From the IMG/VR virus record IMGVR_UViG_3300038656_000077: DNA of 64,000 nucleotides. One strand, 5' to 3'. The position numbers and the translations under genes are program-made. The stretch's first letter is position 1; every line of letters starts with the position of its first letter. The stretch comes from an uncultured virus (IMG/VR IMGVR_UViG_3300038656_000077). Taxonomy: Duplodnaviria; Heunggongvirae; Uroviricota; Caudoviricetes. Of this stretch, positions 54,830 to 64,000 are shown piece after piece. Under the pieces are notes generated by a model. It worked only from the letters and a program-made list of their open reading frames with translations, did no database searches and was not told the DNA's origin.

Positions 54830-55501
54830 TTATTGAACGTTCTCGTTCTGTCGAAATTTTTCTATCTCGTAAGTGGGGTCAGAAGTGTTAATCTTGAAGT
54901 CGCCCACCATTCCTGATATAATTCTGTCAACTATATGTTCAGGAAGTTCTATTTCTGTATCCTCAAATTGTGACTCTGGGTTTTCAGTGTCTTGAAGTAT
55001 TATTTTTTTTGGATACTTGTAATAAGTAAGTAATAATTCTGTTATTGTCATTCCTTCTTCCGTATACACTTTTATATTGTTTTCAGTGTAATTGTAAGGT
55101 GCTTCTCTAAAAGCAAATGACGGTTTAAAAAATGTGTTATTTGTAAAATCTGCTCTATCTTCGTCTCTTATCTCGTACAAACCTATGTCTTGCTCTGTAC
55201 ACTCTCCTTTTGAAGCTTTAGCTTTAGCAAAAGACCATGATAAAAAATTTGGAGGCAACTGAAAGCTTTTAAAATCTTCTTGAGATATATCAGGTGTTAA
55301 AGGTAAGTCATTTATCAATAACACCTGTATATCTTTTAAATTATCAAAGTTTCTGTTATTTAAAAAAAGCTTTATGAACCTAACTGATATTTCATTATAC
55401 AACTCAGCAAACTTTCCTCTATCTGTAGAGAAATTATCATTGGTGGAGTTTTTTTCTACCTTTATAAGGTATTTTTCGTATAACCTGTTTGGGTTCATCA
55501 A
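54830..55501 (-). CDS. Head-tail adaptor/ring protein
   Basis: F.LP.NFL...LTYYKYP...ELPEH..D.I pattern; second gene after the MCP. Confidence 0.65.
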   Translation of the reverse strand: MMNPNRLYEKYLIKVEKNSTNDNFSTDRGKFAELYNEISVRFIKLFLNNRNFDNLKDIQVLLINDLPLTPDISQEDFKSFQLPPNFLSWSFAKAKASKGECTEQDIGLYEIRDEDRADFTNNTFFKPSFAFREAPYNYTENNIKVYTEEGMTITELLLTYYKYPKKIILQDTENPESQFEDTEIELPEHIVDRIISGMVGDFKINTSDPTYEIEKFRQNENVQ

Positions 55502-55505
55502 CTAT

Positions 55506-56483
55506 TTAATTTTCTTGTCTGAGCTCGTCTACTTGCTGTTGCATTGTAGTCTTTTTAGAAATAAATTTAGCGGCTGCTTTTAAGTTACTTCCTACTTCTG
55601 TTTCTCCTATAACATAAGAATCTCCTTCTTTTTTGAGCTTGCCTTTGTTCAACAGATCTATAAGATAAGAATAATATATAATTTCTTTTCTTCCACTCTT
55701 GGTGCTTTCTAAAGATACTGCATCCAAGAATAGTTTTTTGTTTTGATAAGCTTGTTCTTTGTCCTCAACAAAACGTTTGAAAAGTGTTATAGCCAACTCT
55801 TTGTTTTCTACATTTATGTTCTTAACTCCTATATAAGTTAAAATAGGTTGCAACGTTTTAGGTTGACTTAGTAAAGAGTAGAATTTACCATTTACTTCCA
55901 TATCTATCATGTCCGTCTCCACTTTTGTACTTCTTACTTCTTCTTTGTTTTCAATACAAAATTGAGCTTTTCTAAATTTTGGAGAGCTTTCGTGCTTTTT
56001 AGGTGCCAAGTCTTTATTAGATAAACAGATAAAAAGTTGAAGTAAGTCTAGAGGATTTTTAGTCTTGAATAATTTTCCTTGATATAGATCTACTTTGAAA
56101 GAAGTAGAGTCTGTATAATTCCAAAATTCAGAATCTTTATCTCTAGGATTTAATTTACCTTCTCCATATATTCTTTCGAAAGGTTTTACTATGAGCTCTT
56201 CTATCTTATTGCCTAAAGAATTTTTAGCTTCTTCACTTAGTCCTCTGTACATTGGGCTGTCTTTGTAAAGACCCGTATCCCATAATCCTAAATCTCTGTC
56301 AAATAACGCTGATACTGTATTCTTTCCTGCATCGAAGTCTAATAGCTTAGTAGTTCGATTGTTTCTGAATCCATCAGGGGCATCCGCATCATACTTGGGG
56401 ACTACCTCATAAACTGTGTCTTCTGTTTCAAAAGGGATACCGTGAATTTTAATTACGGTTTCTTTTTCTTTGGTTTCTTGCAT
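55506..56483 (-). CDS. Conserved head-associated protein
   Basis: 325 aa directly after the MCP; assignment by synteny. Confidence 0.55.
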   Translation of the reverse strand: MQETKEKETVIKIHGIPFETEDTVYEVVPKYDADAPDGFRNNRTTKLLDFDAGKNTVSALFDRDLGLWDTGLYKDSPMYRGLSEEAKNSLGNKIEELIVKPFERIYGEGKLNPRDKDSEFWNYTDSTSFKVDLYQGKLFKTKNPLDLLQLFICLSNKDLAPKKHESSPKFRKAQFCIENKEEVRSTKVETDMIDMEVNGKFYSLLSQPKTLQPILTYIGVKNINVENKELAITLFKRFVEDKEQAYQNKKLFLDAVSLESTKSGRKEIIYYSYLIDLLNKGKLKKEGDSYVIGETEVGSNLKAAAKFISKKTTMQQQVDELRQEN

Positions 56484-56501
56484 CTTTTTTGTGGTTTAGT
56501 T

Positions 56502-56540
56502 AAAATAATCTCCCCTAGTTGTTGGGACTAAGGGAGATAT
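56502..56540 (-). terminator. Terminator/hairpin after the MCP gene
   Basis: Minus strand ATCTCCCTTAGT-CCCAACA-ACTAGGGGAGAT-TATTTT. Confidence 0.7.
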
Positions 56541-56551
56541 TTATTTAATCT

Positions 56552-58267
56552 CTATTGAAATCCTTTTCTTGCTTGTGGTTTCAATTCAATCATTACAATT
56601 TTACTTGGGTCTGGCATCCAAACATCAAGTCCTGCTGCCCATGCGAAGTATTCTTCTCCCATGTATTTACTGGTAGCCATAATATCAGAAGAACGTCTTG
56701 AATCATAACGACCAGTACTTCTTCCTGAGTGAATTAATGAACCTTCAGGCTTGACCAAGAACATACTAGAGTTAGCGTTTCCACCTTCTACAAGATTAGC
56801 ACCTTGAGGAATATCTGACATGTTGTTAGAATAAGATTGGTTAGTTACATCCCAAATAACCATTGTGTGAGTTGTGTGGGATCTACCGTGTGGTTGCATG
56901 CCTCTTTCAAATCTATCACCTCTTAAACCGAAGTCTAGAGAAGGGTCATGTTCGATTTCAACTTGACCTATTTGTGCGATATATACATCTGTAAATCTTA
57001 CTGCCTCTAGTTTTAGGTTACGTAGGTCTCCTGAAACTGGATTGCTAGAAAGAACTCTGTCTGCTCCTAATAGTGCCGCTAAGTTTGATACTTGTGCGTT
57101 AACTTCTTCTTTGAAAATTTCAAGCACATTGTAGAATGCTTCCATACCACACTTGAACTTAACTCTTCTGTTTTCAAACTGCATATCAGGCTTAGTTCTG
57201 AACACATACTCAGCAGCTTCTCTAATATGTTGACGAGTAATTCCACCTGGTTTTCCATACTCAATGATACGTCCTCTACGTGCTTGTTTCCAAAGACCTT
57301 CGTTGAATCTTAGTACACCATTTGTAGTTTTTATTTCCCCTGCGCTTTGGAACATAAGTTTTGTCCCTAACAATTTATGTAAATACTTTTCAGTTAGGTG
57401 CTCCATTGTTAGGCCGATATTAGCAGTCTCTCTTAGTGGAGCTCCGTTAGAATCTAAATCCATACGTACAGCAAACTCACCATAACCGTTTGAGTCCATT
57501 TCTTGCTTTACCTTGTTCATGTATTCTTTGGTTCCTGCAGTAATTATTCCATCAGCCATAGAAGCTGAAGCAGCTTTTGCTGTAACATAACTTTCTACAC
57601 CAATAGCAGAACCTAGTCTGAATTCAAATTTCATTGAACCTGGTGCATCTGGCATTTGGACTTGTGCAAACTTAGTACCATATTCAGATACTCCATGACC
57701 AACTTCAAAATATTCAATACCTCTTCCTAAAAGAGCTGAATCAAAGAAATCAGATTTGTTTTGTGTGTTTAATACTACAGGGTGTTTGTAACCTGTACCT
57801 GTTGGTAATACGTCTTCTTCTTCAGAAACAACAATTTGTTGTCCATCAAAATCATCATAAGTAAGTACTGTACCTGGTGCAAACTCTCTGTTTAAAGTAA
57901 TATAAAAAATACTTCCGTCTATACCTGGAACATCTTGAGCTGACATGTCAGTTTCTGTATAGACACCTTTGCGCTCCTTGATAGGAATAGAATAGGTAAA
58001 TCTGCCTTCTTGTCCACTTACTTCAATTACGGACTTAGAAGTCATCAATTCGTCGAACAAACTAGTAGGTTTCTTTTCTCTATCTTGCTGATTCCAGAAA
58101 GACATTAAACCTAAGTGGTTGTTGTTTGGGTCTTCTTCATACCATGTACGAAGGGAAGCATTGTCCATATATCCTTGGAAATGCTTTGACACCTCTTTTT
58201 CTTTCATAAAAGCAATGGCTTGATTGCCATTTCTTATAGTAGGGATTCCTTTTGATTGTAGAGTCAT
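56552..58267 (-). CDS. Major capsid protein
   Basis: 571 aa after portal and scaffold; GLWKQ, IEHDPSLD and terminal V.MPDPSK motifs; followed by a terminator. Confidence 0.8.
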   Translation of the reverse strand: MTLQSKGIPTIRNGNQAIAFMKEKEVSKHFQGYMDNASLRTWYEEDPNNNHLGLMSFWNQQDREKKPTSLFDELMTSKSVIEVSGQEGRFTYSIPIKERKGVYTETDMSAQDVPGIDGSIFYITLNREFAPGTVLTYDDFDGQQIVVSEEEDVLPTGTGYKHPVVLNTQNKSDFFDSALLGRGIEYFEVGHGVSEYGTKFAQVQMPDAPGSMKFEFRLGSAIGVESYVTAKAASASMADGIITAGTKEYMNKVKQEMDSNGYGEFAVRMDLDSNGAPLRETANIGLTMEHLTEKYLHKLLGTKLMFQSAGEIKTTNGVLRFNEGLWKQARRGRIIEYGKPGGITRQHIREAAEYVFRTKPDMQFENRRVKFKCGMEAFYNVLEIFKEEVNAQVSNLAALLGADRVLSSNPVSGDLRNLKLEAVRFTDVYIAQIGQVEIEHDPSLDFGLRGDRFERGMQPHGRSHTTHTMVIWDVTNQSYSNNMSDIPQGANLVEGGNANSSMFLVKPEGSLIHSGRSTGRYDSRRSSDIMATSKYMGEEYFAWAAGLDVWMPDPSKIVMIELKPQARKGFQ

Positions 58268-58300
58268 TTTTATTTATTTAAATATTAGTAGTGATTATTT

Positions 58301-59446
58301 TTATAGAAATTTTAGTTCTTTACTTAAATCTTCAGAAGGATTGACTTTTTTACTACTTGCCTTTTTGCCTTCTGTGTGTTTACCTCTCGCAATGTTTAGT
58401 TTGACCAAAGTGTCTTTTTTAGCTTTAGAAGTCTGTTTCTCGCTTATCAGCTTATTATAGTCTTCTCTATTATTTTTCCAAAGTAAAAATTCAGCTAGTT
58501 CCTCTGGATTTTGTTTCATTTCTCTAAACTGATTATCTACAGTAAAGCCATTCTCTGTTTCTTTTGTTACAGAGTCTAATAAAGGTCTTAAAGCTGAATC
58601 GTTCTTGATACCCAAGTTAGTTAAGTGTTCTCTTAAGTCTTTTCTAAGAGTTTTTCTATTTTGCTGTTCTTGCTCTCTTAATTTGGAAGCTTCCTCTTTT
58701 TTCTTATCTAACATACTGTGATAAGATTTCTTTAGGTTATCTGCAAAATCTCTAGCTTTAGCGTCTAATTCCAAATCTACTTTATCCGCTTCGACTAGTC
58801 TGTCTATTTGCTTGTCAGATATTTTTGGATTGTCCAACCTATACATCTGTCTAACTAAATCCTCTTGATGCATTTCATCTTCAAGATTGTAAGTGTTGAG
58901 GTTGTCAATGTATGTTTCTTTTGCTTTTAAAACATCTTTTATGTCTCCACCATTCTTAGAAATTTCAATAATCTTTAAGGAGATATCATCTAAATCCTCT
59001 TTGTTGATGAAATTCTTATCTATTTCGGTGTTTTTTTCTTTATCTTGAGCTTTAACTATTTCTAAGAACGTTTCTTCGTCTAGGTCTTCTAATTCTGAAA
59101 GTGTTACTGATTCTCCGTCTATTTCAACTTCAGCATCTTTCCAAGTACCTAATTCTATGTATTTTTTAGCTAATGAAGAATAATTATTTTGACTTGAAGG
59201 TCTTTCTTTTTTGAACTCTTCTTCTTCCTCAACTTCATCAGGAGTTTCTTTTTTAGAATTATTGTCTTCGACTAATTCTTCATCTGCTCCTTCTTCAATA
59301 TCTTCTTCCTCTTCTTTTTCCTCTTTTTCTGGTTCAGGTAAGTCTAAGTCTCTTACTTCTTCCTCTTGACTTTCCGTTTCTCCCATTAATTCTGAGAAAT
59401 CATAAAATCCTGCTCCTTGTTCTTCTTGGTTTTCTAGTCTTGCCAT
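58301..59446 (-). CDS. Acidic scaffold-like protein
   Basis: Very Glu/Asp-rich N-terminus and coiled coils; lies between portal and MCP. Confidence 0.65.
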   Translation of the reverse strand: MARLENQEEQGAGFYDFSELMGETESQEEEVRDLDLPEPEKEEKEEEEDIEEGADEELVEDNNSKKETPDEVEEEEEFKKERPSSQNNYSSLAKKYIELGTWKDAEVEIDGESVTLSELEDLDEETFLEIVKAQDKEKNTEIDKNFINKEDLDDISLKIIEISKNGGDIKDVLKAKETYIDNLNTYNLEDEMHQEDLVRQMYRLDNPKISDKQIDRLVEADKVDLELDAKARDFADNLKKSYHSMLDKKKEEASKLREQEQQNRKTLRKDLREHLTNLGIKNDSALRPLLDSVTKETENGFTVDNQFREMKQNPEELAEFLLWKNNREDYNKLISEKQTSKAKKDTLVKLNIARGKHTEGKKASSKKVNPSEDLSKELKFL

Positions 59447-59454
59447 TGTTGGTA

Positions 59455-59486
59455 CAAATATATAGTTATTGTTTCGTTATCACAAA
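59455..59486 (-). promoter_or_regulatory. sigma70-type promoter for scaffold-MCP
   Basis: TTTG-N20-TATATTTG; upstream palindrome TTTTAAC-N7-GTTAAAA. Confidence 0.75.
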
Positions 59487-59521
59487 TTAATAAAATTTTA
59501 ACTTGTCATGTTAAAAAATAT

Positions 59522-62350
59522 TTAATTTTTATTTACTACATCGCCAAATGTTTTGGCTCTTATAGCTTCTCTTTTTATTTGGTTGTTTTCTCTTTTTATT
59601 CTTAACTCTTCCATTTTAGCTTTAAGATTACCTATAGCTACTTCATTTTTCTGGTTTTGATCTTGCTCTTTAAGCTCTATTTTTTTAACTTCGTTTTGAC
59701 TTTTAGCTTCATCTTTGAGATACTGTGATGCTACTTTATCCACGGCTTCAGAGTCTCCATTTTCTTCATTCCTATCTTTGACTCTTCCTACTGTTTGAAT
59801 ATGCGCCACCTCTATCCTATTATCAAGCTCTTCTTTTTGTTTTGTTAGTTGGTATTGTCTTTCTTTTTGTGTTCTTTCTGCTTCAGCTTGATTATTTCTG
59901 TCTACTAAGTCTTTTTCGTGATTTCGTTTTATTTCGTCTTGTTGTAGCCTTTGTCTTTGAGATTCTTTTAGTATTCCGTTTACTTTGGAAAAGCTGTCAG
60001 ATGTAATTACTTCTGATATATCAGATAAATCATTTTGTATAGCATTATTGCTTAATAGGTAACTTTTGAACTGTTCTAGCTCTTTCTTTCTTTTAGAGTC
60101 GGCCACTGGTAGCAGTCCAAATTGTCTTAAATGAAAGTTATCATCACTAAACACTTCTCTTACTAAAGCTATCTCTTCATCAGAACTTGTAAACCCTAAA
60201 CTTATATCTTTTTCGTTTACTTGACAGTGTTGTGTTATAGCTAAACCTATTTCTAAATCTTTTAACCTAGAGTTGTCCATCTTCTCAAAGATATGCTCTA
60301 TTTGAGAGAAAGAGTTTTGTTGACCTAGTTTTATTCCTTCTGCTGTTGCATACTCAGAAGGTGTTTTCATATCTTGGTTAGTGATACCAATTTGTTCCAA
60401 CGCCAAGCTTTTATAGTATTCAGCTAATTGCATTTTTTGTTGTATCTGTGGGACAAAGGATATATCTTGTGCCATCATTGAGTTGAACTGTTGGCCTGAA
60501 CGTCCTCTCATATTCTGTTTGGACATATCTAAAGGTACAAGGCCTACATCTCTAGCCATGTCAGTTACGTTAAGTAAAATTTCTCTTGCATCTCCCATAC
60601 CATCAAACTCCGAAGGAAGCAAGCTTATATCAAATAACCAAAATATACCTATTTCTTTCTCTGTTAGCGAGTGCATGAGGTTCATTTGATAATTGTATTC
60701 TACTTGGTAAGGTCTTATTTTTTTAGCCTCTGAGTTTGTTATAATACCTGTTACAGGAAGTTTAACATCATATATATTAGATTCTCCTCCTTTAATCTGT
60801 AAAGGCATTGGTTCTACTCCTAAATATAAATCTTTTTTAAGTATTGAGTTGGTTCCTGCAGCTTTTACTCCTTTCCATACTCTAGGTGCATACGTCCATA
60901 CTATACTGTTTGGCTCTAATGTACCGTTGTCGTGCTCGTTAATAAATTCTTGTAAACTTTTATTAGTTACTTTATTTATGTCGAATTCTTTTAAGAACTC
61001 TTGGTCTAGTTCATCTGTAACCCAATCTAAACTCGTTATACCTGATTCATTTTCTCTATATATTAGACCTATCTTATCCCAAGACCTCCAATAAGCTTGT
61101 ACAACTCTTATGGTGTCTTCTCTTACATCAATATCTCTTCTTAAGAATTTAGATATGTTGTATAGTCCTGTATTTTGGAAATCATAATTGGGAACCCACG
61201 CATCTCTTGTTCTTTCATTACCATCTGCGTCATAGAAAGTTTCTTCACCTAAAGGCATGTTTAATGCTGACTGCAATTCTGTTGTAGATTGTCTGTCATA
61301 GTAGTTTTCATCTGGAACTAATACTGTGTCCCCTGTGAAAGCGTCTTCTATTCCTTTACCAGGTTTTTTGTTTAATGTGTCAGAGCCTCCACCTGAATAG
61401 TCAAAAGCATTAAGAATTTCTTTAATGTCTTTCTCCTTCATTAGATGTCCAAACTTGTTTACAAGCTTTGAAGGTGACATCTCTTGTATGTTACCTACGT
61501 ACTCACCGTCTTGAGGGTATTTTATATCAGCGTCTTCTGAAAAGAAAGTTTCAACTGGATGCCATCTTTCTGGCATGTAGTAATCGTGACCTATGAAATA
61601 ATGTTTGAAGTATCTACCTGTAAGAAAAAAGTCTTTAAAGTGCTCTCTTTCCATTTCATCAAGAGAGTACCTTTTTCTATCTCTAGCTAGTACATTTTGA
61701 GCCCACTTTGCAGCTATCGGTTTCCATTGGGTACTCATAGCTGTTTTAATATCAGGAGGGGTATCATATTTTTGTTTTTGTTGTTCTAAAAACTGTAGAT
61801 ACTGTTGCTTTTCTTCTTCTGACTTAAACTCTTTTTGTAGTGTGACACCGTTTCTAAGAAGTCTTAATTCCAATTCAGTACTGAATACTTTTTGTGTAAA
61901 CTCAAATATTCTGTTTGAAAATTCTCTGTCGTACTCATTTTTACTTACATCATCAAAAAAGTCAACTACAAACTTATGTTTTGTATCGTTGTATTTTCCT
62001 TGTAAGTGTTTTGTTATTTGTCCTATTAAATCAAAATGCCTTACATAAGAAGGTATGTCGGCTTTCTGCCTTATATCGGCTACGTTCTTTAGTATTTCTG
62101 GTTGTTCTTCATAATCTGTATAAGCTAGGTCTCCTTCAACCATTCTATAGTACTCGTCATAAATAATGTTTTTTCTTATTTGTGTTAGTCCTATTTCTTC
62201 TAGCCTATCTAAATTATCTTTAGCAAACTTTTCTTTCTTTCTATAAGAGGGCAACGCTTGAGGAGGTAAAGAAGTAGATATTCTACTATTATCCCCTAAG
62301 CCTTTGTATACGTTATTATATAGATTACCCGAATCGGATCCTAAAGACAT
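59522..62350 (-). CDS. Portal protein
   Basis: 942 aa after the terminase; LPPQ.LP, F.DFF.TG, KLPVTG, IRPYQ..YN, WLFDISLLP motifs; C-terminal coiled-coil barrel. Confidence 0.88.
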   Translation of the reverse strand: MSLGSDSGNLYNNVYKGLGDNSRISTSLPPQALPSYRKKEKFAKDNLDRLEEIGLTQIRKNIIYDEYYRMVEGDLAYTDYEEQPEILKNVADIRQKADIPSYVRHFDLIGQITKHLQGKYNDTKHKFVVDFFDDVSKNEYDREFSNRIFEFTQKVFSTELELRLLRNGVTLQKEFKSEEEKQQYLQFLEQQKQKYDTPPDIKTAMSTQWKPIAAKWAQNVLARDRKRYSLDEMEREHFKDFFLTGRYFKHYFIGHDYYMPERWHPVETFFSEDADIKYPQDGEYVGNIQEMSPSKLVNKFGHLMKEKDIKEILNAFDYSGGGSDTLNKKPGKGIEDAFTGDTVLVPDENYYDRQSTTELQSALNMPLGEETFYDADGNERTRDAWVPNYDFQNTGLYNISKFLRRDIDVREDTIRVVQAYWRSWDKIGLIYRENESGITSLDWVTDELDQEFLKEFDINKVTNKSLQEFINEHDNGTLEPNSIVWTYAPRVWKGVKAAGTNSILKKDLYLGVEPMPLQIKGGESNIYDVKLPVTGIITNSEAKKIRPYQVEYNYQMNLMHSLTEKEIGIFWLFDISLLPSEFDGMGDAREILLNVTDMARDVGLVPLDMSKQNMRGRSGQQFNSMMAQDISFVPQIQQKMQLAEYYKSLALEQIGITNQDMKTPSEYATAEGIKLGQQNSFSQIEHIFEKMDNSRLKDLEIGLAITQHCQVNEKDISLGFTSSDEEIALVREVFSDDNFHLRQFGLLPVADSKRKKELEQFKSYLLSNNAIQNDLSDISEVITSDSFSKVNGILKESQRQRLQQDEIKRNHEKDLVDRNNQAEAERTQKERQYQLTKQKEELDNRIEVAHIQTVGRVKDRNEENGDSEAVDKVASQYLKDEAKSQNEVKKIELKEQDQNQKNEVAIGNLKAKMEELRIKRENNQIKREAIRAKTFGDVVNKN

Positions 62351-62373
62351 GTGGCAGTTATGTTAATTTTATA

Positions 62374-62413
62374 CAAAAATAGTTATATTATTTGGTAAAA
62401 CCAAAATTGTTAA
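62374..62413 (-). promoter_or_regulatory. sigma70-type promoter with TTAACAA extension
   Basis: TTTAACAATTTTG-N20-TATTTTTG upstream of the portal gene. Confidence 0.7.
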
Positions 62414-62423
62414 ACTTTATGTG

Positions 62424-64000
62424 TTACCAAAGCCTACCTTTTCGTCTACTTTCTGGAAACATTCCTCTTTTCCTAGAGTTTGTTTTTTTCTTATCTAGCA
62501 TTTGTTTTTTTCTCTTTTTTTCCTCTTCCGTCATAGGTTTATCTGGTGCTTGACCTGTGACAGTTAAATAATAGTCATAGCCATAAGCTGACATAAGAGC
62601 CGTTAAACCGTCGAAATTACCTCCTGGTCTATAATTTATCATTTCGTCTAATAATCTTACGTCATTTATCAGTCTTTCAAATTTATACCTAGTTCTTATC
62701 TTTCCTTCTAAATCTTCGTAGTCTTCCTTCTTAGTTAATATTTTAAACATTATATTAAAAATATAAGCTTTATTTTTAGCTGTAGGTTGCCAACCGTATT
62801 GTCTTCTTTGATTTGCATCGTAGTTTATATCTCCTAAGAAGTCTACACTTTTAAGTATATATTCGTCTGTTACTTCTAATCTGTCTGTAAATTCTTTGAA
62901 CCCCATATCGGCATTCTCCATAAATACAGGGCCATTATATAGTTCACATAATAGCTTACCTTGCTCATGGAATTTGCCGTGAGGGTCAGGTCTAGAATGG
63001 TATGTGGCTACAACCTTCTCTGTATCCCTCCTTATGACAACAAATGAACCTACAGAATCTGAACTTGCTTCTTCTTGTTTGTAGTCATCTAGTCCTACTA
63101 TACAAAATTCAAAAGGAGCATTAGGTAAAGGATCTTCATAAATTGTAACAGGTGAGTCATGAAATCCTCCTGCGTAGGGAAAATCTGCTACCTCTTTTGA
63201 TGTTAGGTCGTATTCTACCTTTTGAGTTTTTTCGTTAAAGAATAACTCTACATTTTTTCCAACGTTACCTTCTTCTATTATCCTTTCTTTGTGTCTTCTT
63301 AAAGCTTCTCTTGGGAAAGGGTTTTCTTTACCTGACAAAAATATTTCTTCGGGATCTATTGGGTAATAAGCTTTTTCTTTGTTTAAAGATTTTTTATCAT
63401 CTTTAATAGCTTCTCTATCTTTTAATATTATATCAATGGACTTATCCCACTGCGTTACCATTATTTTCATGGGTTTTATTGCTTTTGTTTCCTCTATACC
63501 CAAATATTCGGCTAAACCTATTTCTCTCTTAACCATTCCTGTTTTTGAACTCATTTGTGCAGGAATATATGTACCAAAATCCCTTCTCTTCCAAGTTATG
63601 TATTTCTCGGGTATATTTCTTTCTAGGGCTTTCCAATCCATCACATGAATATTATATGACTCTGGTTTTTTAAGCATCAGGTGGGCATCTTCTGTAAGCT
63701 CTTCATTTGCGGAACCTGTACCACTTAAAATGGGTACTAACCTTTTACCGTAAGGTGAGTCAAACGAAGGTTTTGCCCCATCTAATTGTGTCTTGAATGG
63801 ACTTTTCATAGCTTCATCAAGAACAAAAGCATTAGGCGTAAAACCTGCTAAAATTTCAGATTTTTTATCTGCACCACTATCTAAGTTTATTACAGCTAGA
63901 AAGCAAGGGTTTATGTTTTTTTGGTTTTTCTTTTTTACTCCAAGTCTGACCATCTTAGACCAATCGTTAGTAATATTGGGATAATAAAATGCAGGATTTG
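62424..64000 (-). CDS. terL: Terminase large subunit (5'-partial)
   Basis: Walker B FVLDEA, coupling motif SGTG, nuclease motifs GLDDY and GNFD. The frame is open to the window edge. Confidence 0.93.
   Translation of the reverse strand, partial: NPAFYYPNITNDWSKMVRLGVKKKNQKNINPCFLAVINLDSGADKKSEILAGFTPNAFVLDEAMKSPFKTQLDGAKPSFDSPYGKRLVPILSGTGSANEELTEDAHLMLKKPESYNIHVMDWKALERNIPEKYITWKRRDFGTYIPAQMSSKTGMVKREIGLAEYLGIEETKAIKPMKIMVTQWDKSIDIILKDREAIKDDKKSLNKEKAYYPIDPEEIFLSGKENPFPREALRRHKERIIEEGNVGKNVELFFNEKTQKVEYDLTSKEVADFPYAGGFHDSPVTIYEDPLPNAPFEFCIVGLDDYKQEEASSDSVGSFVVIRRDTEKVVATYHSRPDPHGKFHEQGKLLCELYNGPVFMENADMGFKEFTDRLEVTDEYILKSVDFLGDINYDANQRRQYGWQPTAKNKAYIFNIMFKILTKKEDYEDLEGKIRTRYKFERLINDVRLLDEMINYRPGGNFDGLTALMSAYGYDYYLTVTGQAPDKPMTEEEKKRKKQMLDKKKTNSRKRGMFPESRRKGRLW

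Noticed and set aside
2226..63984. Numerous plus-strand ORFs of 60-143 aa in the ORF track
   Set aside because: Ser/Leu/Phe-rich antisense shadows of minus-strand genes; only 25482..25994 is accepted.
1..64000. Genome-wide TAG or TGA stop-codon reassignment
   Set aside because: Long genes are intact in the standard code; MCP (56552) and the ring gene (34122) end in TAG and nrdA ends in TGA. Only one internal TAG was found.
1..64000. tRNA or rRNA genes
   Set aside because: No cloverleaf or T-loop pattern seen in the short intergenic gaps; checked by eye only.

Overview
A 64-kb, AT-rich segment of a large Bacteroidota (probably Flavobacteriia) podophage with a crAss-like virion module, almost all on the minus strand. 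Reading 64 kb -> 0 kb: terminase (partial), portal, acidic scaffold-like protein, major capsid protein, head-completion genes, a holin/M15 endolysin/holin lysis cluster, a mosaic tail-fibre/adhesin region (36-50.5 kb), ring/IHF-like/muzzle genes, a GH73 muramidase, five giant virion-cargo proteins (no RNA-polymerase motif seen), a class Id-like ribonucleotide reductase with a LAGLIDADG intein, small genes, and the 5' end of a tnpB gene running off the left edge (missed by the ORF track). Operons carry Bacteroidota sigma70-type promoters (TTTG-N19/20-TAnnTTTG). Main observations: (1) a 159-bp protein-less IS200/IS605 mini-element with both ends and an apparently intact TnpB omega-RNA fold, 43 kb from the tnpB gene; (2) a 4.86-kb adhesin cassette bracketed by a 310-bp direct repeat, with a chimeric fibre gene joined at a 7-bp microhomology; (3) a captured fragment with an attC-like palindrome and the only convincing plus-strand gene, next to a duplicated promoter hidden in coding sequence. 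All family assignments are by motif recognition and gene order; no searches were run.
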